A stretch of 24,000 nt of DNA. It comes from Candidatus Bathyarchaeota archaeon. GTDB taxonomy: Archaea > Thermoproteota > Bathyarchaeia > TCS64 > CBFDTC01. A program made the position numbers and the translations under genes. The notes under the pieces were generated by a model. That model saw only the letters and a program-made list of their open reading frames with translations, did no database searches and was not told the origin of the DNA. Where the stretch lies: the NCBI GenBank assembly GCA_965612785.1, contig CBFDTC010000002.1:978-24977 (forward strand), read 5' to 3'. Shown one piece after another: positions 1 through 5,766 of the stretch (its first letter is position 1; every line of letters begins with the position of its first letter).

Positions 1-29
1 CTATGCCCACAACCCTACCACCCATCCCC

Positions 30-1027
30 TCAGCCCCTCGTCCTCCACATCCTCGGGTACACCCCCCTGGGCATCAGAACCCTCTCCGTCTTGGCCACGA
101 GACCATGCTGAGCCTCGACTATCTGCTCGCTCGTCATCAAGGCCTTGGCCAGGGCCACAGCCTCCCCCTTCTGCGTCATGACCGCCACGAGGCCCCCCGG
201 AGTTATGCCCGTCTCCACGCTGAGGACTCCCGGAGCCGCCAGATGCGCTCCGTGGCAAACGGCGTCCACGGCGGAGTCTCGGATGTATATCTTGGGCAGG
301 TGGTCCAGGGCTTTCTCCATGGGCTTGACGACGTTTCTGATGAGCCTCTCGTCTCCGTCCTCCCTCCACGCCATCACAGCCTCGACGAGGTCGTGCATAG
401 TGGCGCACTCATCCTCCACGAACGGTCCAGCCCTGGTCCTCCGGAGCTCCCTCATGTGGGCTCCGCATCCGAGCACCTCTCCGACGTCGAAGCATATCTT
501 CCTGACGTACACGCCGGCCTCGCATCCGACCCTGAACAGCACGTCCTGCCCGTCCACCTCCAACACGTCCAGGTAGTATATCCTCCTCTTACGGACACGC
601 CTCTTTACCGAGGACCTGAGAGGCGGTCTCTGGTATATCGTCCCGACGAACTCAGCCATCACCTCCCGGACACGCTCCTCATCCACAGGCTCGTGCAACC
701 TCATGACCGCTACGTACTCCTTCCCAGCCGTCAACAGGGCCGTCAACACCTTTGTAGCGCTGTTCAGGGCGACGGGCAGGACACCCGTAACCTTGGGATC
801 TCCCCGACCCCTCACGGGGTCCCTAGGGTCCCACCGTGTCCAGCCCGTCGGACGCCGAGGATTCGCTTAACCCAGGCTGTGACCTCGTGGCTCGTGGGGC
901 CCGGGGGCTTGTCTATGGCGGCGACGCCGAACTCTATGTACGTCTCTATGGGCCTGCTCTCAGGCTCGCATCCATACGCCGGGTTTGTTCCCTCCTCAGC
1001 CTTGACGAGGAGCTCCCTCTTAACCAT
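30..1027 (-). CDS. cbf5: Cbf5 / TruB-family box H/ACA RNA pseudouridine synthase, interrupted by a 23-nt intron (exon 1 = 1027..823, exon 2 = 799..30; 324 aa after splicing)
   Basis: Track ORFs 812..1087 and 30..815 together match archaeal Cbf5 end to end: [48 protein letters not shown] then [43 protein letters not shown] and a PUA-like C-terminus. The break falls inside the catalytic GHGGTLDPKVTG motif. Removing 800..822 restores both the frame and the motif (205 + 770 nt = 325 codons). The start is taken at ATG 1027, because the upstream part of the track ORF does not resemble Cbf5. Confidence 0.9.
800..822 (-). other. Bulge-helix-bulge (BHB) intron in the cbf5 pre-mRNA, 23 nt (5'-GGACCCCGUGAGGGGUCGGGGAG-3' on the minus strand)
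   Basis: Minus-strand RNA from 833..794 folds as follows. An outer 5-bp helix (833-829 with 798-794). A 4-bp central helix CCCU/GGGG (828-825 with 805-802). A 3-nt bulge AGG (824-822). A 6-bp inner helix GACCCC/GGGGUC with a GUGA tetraloop (821-806). A 3-nt bulge AGA (801-799). Cleavage between bulge nucleotides 2 and 3, as in tRNA BHB sites, joins ...CUAG to AUCCC..., giving GGG ACC CUA GAU CCC AAG, which encodes GTLDPK. Confidence 0.8.
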
Positions 1028-1204
1028 CCAGGGGGCCTCCAACACAACCACCAACAAAAATACAACCACCGCAGAAGATAAGCCCAACCTGAATCATAGT
1101 GCGACCGAGCGGCGGAGCATAAGATTTCTTTACGCAATCAACAATCCGCCCGTAAGGCTGAGAACATGACGCTTAAGCCCTGAGAAGGCCACCTCTACAA
1201 CGCC

Positions 1205-1528
1205 GTGCCCAAACCGGGCTACACCACCATAACCCTCAAAACTCACGTCAAAGACCGCCTCTACCAAGCCATGCACCAGGCCGGATACACAAGCCTAAAC
1301 GACTTCATACTCCACCTCTTGAGGACCGTCCTGGGACGATCCCAAAACGCCCGAACAGAAGCCCTTTGGTGCGGCCGCCGGGATTCGAACCCGGGACCCC
1401 CGGCTCGGGAGGCCGGTGTCCTCGACCAGGCTAGACGACGGCCGCCTCCGTTGTTTTTAGGTGGTCTGGTGGTTTATGTCTTTTTCGTCGGCGGGTTGGT
1501 TATTACGTTGTCCGTGGTGTTCGGGTGA
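1205..1528 (+). CDS. Hypothetical ORF with a ribbon-helix-helix-like N-terminus that reads antisense through tRNA-Gly; possible integrated-element remnant or spurious
   Basis: It starts at GTG. Its first ~45 aa (PKPGYTTITLKTHVKDRLYQAMHQAGYTSLNDFILHLLRTVLG) fit a strand-helix-helix (CopG/Arc-like) pattern. Codon use is atypical for this window: all 3 Lys codons are AAA, and CGC, CGA and CAA are used. From residue ~55 the ORF simply translates the complement of the tRNA and the G+T-rich spacer. Confidence 0.3.
   Translation: MPKPGYTTITLKTHVKDRLYQAMHQAGYTSLNDFILHLLRTVLGRSQNARTEALWCGRRDSNPGPPAREAGVLDQARRRPPPLFLGGLVVYVFFVGGLVITLSVVFG
1367..1445 (-). tRNA. tRNA-Gly (anticodon CCC), with genomically encoded 3' CCA and no intron
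   Basis: The reverse complement is GCGGCCGTCGTCTAGCCTGGTCGAGGACACCGGCCTCCCGAGCCGGGGGTCCCGGGTTCGAATCCCGGCGGCCGCACCA. The acceptor stem is GCGGCCG/CGGCCGC and the D stem is GTCT/GGAC. The anticodon stem is CCGGC/GCCGG with loop CT-CCC-GA. The T arm is CCGGG-TTCGAAT-CCCGG, the discriminator is A, and CCA follows. Confidence 0.95.
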
Positions 1529-1753
1529 TGTTTTTCACGTTCCGTGTAACATGGAGGATTGTGTTACAGCTGGTTTCTGGTGTTCGTGTCCTTCCGCTGA
1601 CCACCCCCCTCCGTGGGGTTTGAAACGTTGCCAGCTGGTTTAACGTCTCCCACCCTGATTTCCTCGTGGTTTATGGCTACTTGAAAAAGCAGTTCAGCAT
1701 GGTGGACTCAGGTCTTATCTCCCCGTCTTTTCAGAGTTGGTTTGGGGTTGGCC

Positions 1754-2581
1754 ATGGAGGAGCTCATCGTATGTCAAAACTGTGGTAGGGAGGTACCCAA
1801 GACGCTGTACTGCATATACTGTGGAGCCGAGCTTCCGAGAGACTTCTTCAAGAAGGAGGAGTCCACAGGCGTCAGAGCCCCCACGCCTCCGGTAAGCCTG
1901 GACGTGGCCCAGCTTATGAGCGGGATAATGAAGTACTACACCTGGAAGATACGTCTGTTCGGAGTGCTGAAGGACGGCGGTGTCTCGGAAAGTGTGTTCA
2001 AGAGGCTGTTTGAAGAGTACGTCTCCAACCTGAACAGGCTGATGAAGGAGCGGAACGAGAGGCTGGAGAACTACCTGACGGAGCTGAAGGAGAAGCAGAA
2101 GAGGCTTGAGGAGATAAAGATGACGCTGGAGGAGTTGAAGGTCAGGTGTGCGGTCGGGGAGATAAACGAGGACGAGTACAGAGTCAAAGCCCCCGACCTG
2201 GAGGGTGAGGCGGTCAAGCTGGAGGACGAGGTGAACATGCTGAAGAGACACATAGACTACCTGAACAACGTGTTCGCCGGAAAGAGGCCGAAGGAGGTTC
2301 TGGAACTGGAGAAGGTGGCCAAGGAGTGCTACGCCTCGATAGACGACCTCGTGAACAACGGCGTGATAAGCCGGGAGACCGCCGAGGAGGTCAGGAAAGA
2401 CCTCGAGGAGACTCTGAAGTTCTTCGAGACGGTCATAGGGGACCGTAAGGAGAGGGAGAAGGCGCTGAAGGAGGAGCTCTCGACGCTCGAGGCGAGGTAC
2501 AAGGTCGGCGAAATCTCGATAGCTGAGTACGAGAGGGCTAAGAGGGAGATTAAGGCTGAGTTGGAGAAGATATGGAGTTAA
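1754..2581 (+). CDS. Zinc-ribbon plus coiled-coil protein with four SHOCT-like G(E/V)(I/V)S...(Y/F)..K..L repeats; function unknown
   Basis: The N-terminus carries CQNCG-x10-CIYCG (CxxC..CxxC). A long Glu/Lys-rich heptad region follows. The repeated motifs are DGGVSESVFKRLFEEY, VGEINEDEYRVKAPDL, NGVISRETAEEVRKDL and VGEISIAEYERAKREI. ATG 1754 is preferred over the track's TTG at 1742. Confidence 0.7.
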   Translation: MEELIVCQNCGREVPKTLYCIYCGAELPRDFFKKEESTGVRAPTPPVSLDVAQLMSGIMKYYTWKIRLFGVLKDGGVSESVFKRLFEEYVSNLNRLMKERNERLENYLTELKEKQKRLEEIKMTLEELKVRCAVGEINEDEYRVKAPDLEGEAVKLEDEVNMLKRHIDYLNNVFAGKRPKEVLELEKVAKECYASIDDLVNNGVISRETAEEVRKDLEETLKFFETVIGDRKEREKALKEELSTLEARYKVGEISIAEYERAKREIKAELEKIWS

Positions 2582-2640
2582 TGTAGGGGAGAAACCTTTA
2601 AACCGACGGCTATTCAACTACCTTAATAGGTGTTAGGGGG

Positions 2641-2940
2641 ATGAACGACAGGGCGATTGGAGGTTTGATACTAGCGTTAAGCGTCCTCGCCATGATAGGG
2701 TACTTCCTGTGGTTCTTCGGCCCCTACCTTCCGGGATGGTCTTGGTGGGGTGAAGGCGTCAGCGAGTGGGCCATAAGGATACCCGTGATAATCGCTGTGT
2801 ACGCCGTCTTGGGTGTTTTAGGTTGGATAGGCTACACGATGGCCACGACGCCCCCACCGGTTCCGATAGAGAAGACTTTGGAGCTCGGTGAAGGCGAGTC
2901 CTCTGAAGGTGGCTCAGAAAAGAAGGAGGAGGGCGGTTAG
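2641..2940 (+). CDS. Small membrane protein with two predicted TM helices and an acidic Gly/Glu/Ser tail; function unknown
   Basis: There are two hydrophobic stretches (GGLILALSVLAMIGYFLWFFG and IRIPVIIAVYAVLGVLGWIGY) and a C-terminal ELGEGESSEGGSEKKEEGG. It starts at ATG, 59 nt after the preceding gene on the same strand. Confidence 0.6.
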   Translation: MNDRAIGGLILALSVLAMIGYFLWFFGPYLPGWSWWGEGVSEWAIRIPVIIAVYAVLGVLGWIGYTMATTPPPVPIEKTLELGEGESSEGGSEKKEEGG

Positions 2941-2949
2941 GGGGAGACG

Positions 2950-3798
2950 CTACTTCTCGACAGCTGCGTCCACCCTCACCTTCCAGACCCTCGGTGCGTA
3001 GGGTAGTACCCTCCGTCTGCCAACTATTTTCACTTTGCATCCTTGTCTTTCAGCCTCCTTCTTGAGGAGTCCCTCAGCCTCCGAGAACAGGTCGGGCTCC
3101 CTAGCCCAGTGGTAGAAGTGTATCACACCCCTACGTTTCAGGCACTTTATGGCCAGGTCGAGGAACATGTAGGCTCCCTTCGGTAGGGGCATGACAACTC
3201 TGTCGAACATCCCCTCCATGGACGGACACACCTCCCTGACGTCCCCCGGCAGGGGTACGACCTTCCCCTCAACCTTGTTCAACCTGACGTTCTCGACGCA
3301 GTACCTGTGGGCATCCGGGTTCAGCTCGACTCCGTACACGACCTCCACGAGGGGCTGGGTCTTGGCTATGGTTATCGGGTACGGGCACACACCGCTGAAC
3401 ATCACCAGAACCCTCTCGCCCGGAGAGACCATCCTGGCGATACGCATCCTCTCCGTCGCCTCCCGCGGGGAGAAGTAGACCTTCCTCGGGTCCAGCTTGA
3501 ACACGCATCCATGCTCTTTGTGGACCACCTCGGTGTCCTCGTCCCCGTACACGAGCTCCAGCCTCCTGAGCCTGTATTCCCCCAGCCTCTCGGAGGCCTT
3601 CACGAGGACGGACTTCACGTTCTTGTGTATCGACATGATGGCCTTGGCCACCTCGACCGCGTACGGCTTGACCTCGTCCGGAAGCTCTACTATGGCCACG
3701 GACCCTGTCCTCGAGCCGACTATGTCGAAGGACCTCGGGACGAGCTGCAGGAGATTGTCCGGTATCTTCCCTTTGAGCAGCTCCCTGAGTCTTGCCAT
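2950..3798 (-). CDS. Trm5/TYW2 (Met-10+) family SAM-dependent tRNA methyltransferase (Trm5a/b or Taw22-like, short form without a D1 domain)
   Basis: The layout matches archaeal Trm5/Taw2: LELVYGDEDTEVVHKEHGCVFKLDPRKVYFSPREATERMRIA, then the SAM motif VLVMFSGVCPYPI, then DRVVMPLPKGAYMF (compare the Trm5 NLP motif), then GVIHFYHW and a C-terminal YAPRVWKVRVD. Confidence 0.8.
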   Translation of the reverse strand: MARLRELLKGKIPDNLLQLVPRSFDIVGSRTGSVAIVELPDEVKPYAVEVAKAIMSIHKNVKSVLVKASERLGEYRLRRLELVYGDEDTEVVHKEHGCVFKLDPRKVYFSPREATERMRIARMVSPGERVLVMFSGVCPYPITIAKTQPLVEVVYGVELNPDAHRYCVENVRLNKVEGKVVPLPGDVREVCPSMEGMFDRVVMPLPKGAYMFLDLAIKCLKRRGVIHFYHWAREPDLFSEAEGLLKKEAERQGCKVKIVGRRRVLPYAPRVWKVRVDAAVEK

Positions 3799-3820
3799 CT
3801 CCCTGAGTCCCTCTCCACTC

Positions 3821-4120
3821 TTAGTACAGTATCTTCTCCCCCACCTTCTTGAACAGCTTACCCCTGACCTTAACGCCTATCTCAGGCTCCTTCTCCGGCC
3901 CTCCCCTCTCGACGGTCCGTCTCTTCACGGTCATGGCGCAGACTCCGTTGGGCAGAAGCCTCCTCTTGGCGCAGGCGGCGTAGTTGCATATGGCTGGGTT
4001 GCACTCGTCCCCGGTCCACGCGCACCACATGGAGTCTCCGCGTGGCCTTAGAGCTCTCTTCTTACATATGAAGAACCTACACTTAGGGGAGCAGAGACCC
4101 CCCTGAGAAGGTGCTCCCAA
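3821..4120 (-). CDS. Small cysteine-rich protein with 8 Cys in the first ~61 aa and a basic tail; probable metal-binding protein of unknown function
   Basis: The sequence is MGAPSQGGLCSPKCRFFICKKRAL..WCAWTGDECNPAICNYAACAKRRLLPNGVC followed by a Lys/Arg-rich tail. It starts at TTG. It lies 22 nt upstream of the Trm5-like gene and 60 nt downstream of the radical-SAM gene, on the same strand. A TATA-like TTTATTAG (minus strand, about 4163-4170) is upstream. Confidence 0.55.
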   Translation of the reverse strand: MGAPSQGGLCSPKCRFFICKKRALRPRGDSMWCAWTGDECNPAICNYAACAKRRLLPNGVCAMTVKRRTVERGGPEKEPEIGVKVRGKLFKKVGEKILY

Positions 4121-4180
4121 CCCTACTCCCCTGACCCATGGAATAGAGGCATTCCAGACCTAATAAATTCTTCCTTTTTG

Positions 4181-5317
4181 TCAGGCTCTCATGAACTCGA
4201 CGAGTCTCCTCGCAGCCGTCTGCAGGAAAGCCCTGACATGCCCAATGCCCTTCACCCCTTTCCCGACGGCCACACGCACCCTAACCGCGTCCACCTCGAC
4301 CCGGATGGGCTTGACGCCGACCAGCCTGTACACGGCCTCGGCCACGTCGTCTTCATCCACTTCCGGGACCTTCTCGACGCAGTCGTTCGGGCATCCCGTG
4401 CACATGCCCGTCGCCCAGCATACGCTCATACAAGGCACCGAGGCTGTGTAGGCGTTGGCGCAGCACGCTGATGCGAACGGTGTAAGCCCCATGGAGTCGG
4501 CGTGTTCGATTATCCTGGCTTTCAGGCTTCCGAGGGGGAGCGTCTTGAACCTCCCTTTCCCAGGCTTGAAACTCGTTGCGAGGCCTATGGTTGAGAGACG
4601 CCTGGCTATCCTCTCCGACAGCCTTAGGGAGCCCACGACAACCCCCTCAGCTCCGCTTTCCAGGGCCCTGGAGAGGATGCGCTGGTACTCGTGCTCCACC
4701 AACCCCCTTATGGCAGGCCTGAGGAAGAGCATCGGCCTCAGACCGAGGTCGGCCATGTCCCCGATCATCTGGAACCTCTCCTCCGGAGTCGGGGCGTTGG
4801 GCTCAAGCCTGCGGTGGGCTCTGAGCGTGACTATCGTTACGAGGGGGTTCAGGGACACCCGCAGGCTCGCAAGCCTCCTCAACACCTCCCTGGCCACGGG
4901 GGTCTTGGTCGAAAGCTGACAAGGGTTTCCAAGCCACCTCGAAACAGCTTCGAGGTACTCGACTGTCTTCGGGACGACTCTCGGATGGAAAGGGTCGCAC
5001 AGACTTCCGAACGCCAGGAACGTGCCCTCAGGACCTGGGACGAAGCTCGGGTTGTGTAGGAGGGCTGCCACGACCTCCAGGCCGGACAGGCCGTACAGCT
5101 TAGGTGGATCGTCTACAGAGACTATGTCAGGGACGTAGCAGTAAAGGCATCCGTTGGGGCATCCCAGGGCTGGATGTACGGTCATCCCACAAGGCCTTGG
5201 GGTCCTCCTGGCGTGGTAGTCTGCGTGGGCCTTCCTACGTGAGTGTTCGTCGAGTAGTTGGTCCACCTCCTCCCTGAGCTTCCTCTTCCGGTCCAGAAGT
5301 TTGGTTATCCGTCTCAC
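4181..5317 (-). CDS. Radical SAM protein (COG1533 / SplB-like layout) with an extra C-terminal Cys-rich segment; substrate unknown
   Basis: The CxxxCxxC motif is GCPNGCLYCY near residue 53. Downstream are GSLCDPFHP, QLSTKTPV and LEPNAPTPEERF, typical of the COG1533 family. The C-terminal cluster is CCANAYTASVPCMSVCWATGMCTGCPNDC (Cx3Cx5Cx2Cx3C), which suggests an auxiliary Fe-S site. It starts at GTG. Confidence 0.8.
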   Translation of the reverse strand: MRRITKLLDRKRKLREEVDQLLDEHSRRKAHADYHARRTPRPCGMTVHPALGCPNGCLYCYVPDIVSVDDPPKLYGLSGLEVVAALLHNPSFVPGPEGTFLAFGSLCDPFHPRVVPKTVEYLEAVSRWLGNPCQLSTKTPVAREVLRRLASLRVSLNPLVTIVTLRAHRRLEPNAPTPEERFQMIGDMADLGLRPMLFLRPAIRGLVEHEYQRILSRALESGAEGVVVGSLRLSERIARRLSTIGLATSFKPGKGRFKTLPLGSLKARIIEHADSMGLTPFASACCANAYTASVPCMSVCWATGMCTGCPNDCVEKVPEVDEDDVAEAVYRLVGVKPIRVEVDAVRVRVAVGKGVKGIGHVRAFLQTAARRLVEFMRA

Positions 5318-5325
5318 AACCTGCC

Positions 5326-5356
5326 ATCTTATAAGGTTTGAGTGCGATAAATTTTG
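5326..5356. promoter_or_regulatory. Interleaved divergent promoters in the 41-nt gap between the radical-SAM gene and aIF5A
   Basis: TTATAAGG (5329-5336) lies about 27 nt upstream of the aIF5A ATG at 5359. GATAAATTTT (5346-5355), read on the minus strand as AAAATTTATC, lies about 33 nt upstream of the radical-SAM GTG at 5317. Each TATA-like box sits closer to the other gene. Confidence 0.5.
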
Positions 5357-5358
5357 GT

Positions 5359-5766
5359 ATGTCCTACAAGGTGGTTAGGGCTGGAAGCCTGAAAGTGGGA
5401 AGCTACGTCATGATAGACGGAGAGCCCTGCGAGATAGTGGAGCTCTCGAAGAGCAAGCCCGGGAAGCATGGGAGCGCCAAGCTCAGGGCGGTGGCCATAG
5501 GCGTGTTCGACGGCGTTAAGAGGACGCTGCTCTGCCCCGTGGACACGCAGGTGAACGTGCCGGTGATCGAGAAGCGTAGCGGCCAGGTCCTGTCCGTCTC
5601 CGGCGAGTCTGTCCAGCTGATGGACTTGTCGTCCTACGAGGTGTTCGAGGCTCCCATGCCGAGGGAGAAGGAGGTTAGGGACAAGCTCACACCAGGCGTC
5701 GAGGTCTCGTACTGGAGGGTTGGAGACAGGATTAGGATAGTCAAGGTTAGGGCAGGCGAGAGTTGA
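5359..5766 (+). CDS. eif5a: Translation initiation/elongation factor aIF5A (hypusine-containing)
   Basis: MSYKVVRAGSLKVGSYVMIDGEPCEIVE..SKPGKHGSAK contains the hypusine-site motif GKHG. An OB-fold C-terminal half follows. ATG 5359 is preferred over the track's TTG at 5338. Confidence 0.93.
   Translation: MSYKVVRAGSLKVGSYVMIDGEPCEIVELSKSKPGKHGSAKLRAVAIGVFDGVKRTLLCPVDTQVNVPVIEKRSGQVLSVSGESVQLMDLSSYEVFEAPMPREKEVRDKLTPGVEVSYWRVGDRIRIVKVRAGES

Noticed and set aside
30-1087. cbf5 as a frameshifted pseudogene, or as two independently translated split-gene halves
   Set aside because: The break lies inside the catalytic motif. The 23 intervening nucleotides form a canonical BHB whose predicted cleavage sites restore frame and motif exactly. 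Both halves are otherwise intact. An intron is the more parsimonious reading, although it is unverified without cDNA.
3-1169. Long plus-strand ORF (388 aa), plus ORFs 1..408 (minus), 145..576 (plus) and 836..1081 (plus), all overlapping cbf5
   Set aside because: These are antisense or alternative-frame shadow ORFs of a clearly identified gene. Their low-complexity Pro/Arg/Ser/Leu-rich translations have no recognisable motifs. Such ORFs are expected at this GC content.
1524-1600. C/D box sRNA (GTGATGT ... CTGA)
   Set aside because: The C box is imperfect. There are no convincing C' or D' boxes and no terminal stem. At about 76 nt it is longer than typical archaeal C/D sRNAs.
1446-1741. Replication origin (ORB-like repeats) in the G+T-rich spacer
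   Set aside because: There is no orc1/cdc6 neighbour, no A/T-rich unwinding element, and the repeats do not resemble ORB or mini-ORB consensus sequences.
1715-2617. 300-aa minus-strand ORF antisense to the zinc-ribbon/coiled-coil gene
   Set aside because: It is the mirror image of a GAG/AAG-rich coding strand, which gives a Leu-rich translation. It has no motifs, and the plus-strand gene has a clear zinc ribbon and heptad structure.
4181-5317. The radical-SAM protein as Taw1/TYW1 (a wyosine pathway partner of the Trm5-like gene)
   Set aside because: The sequence layout matches the COG1533/SplB-like group (GSLCDPFHP, STKTP, EPNAPTPEER). It lacks the N-terminal second Cys cluster and other features I recall for archaeal Taw1.
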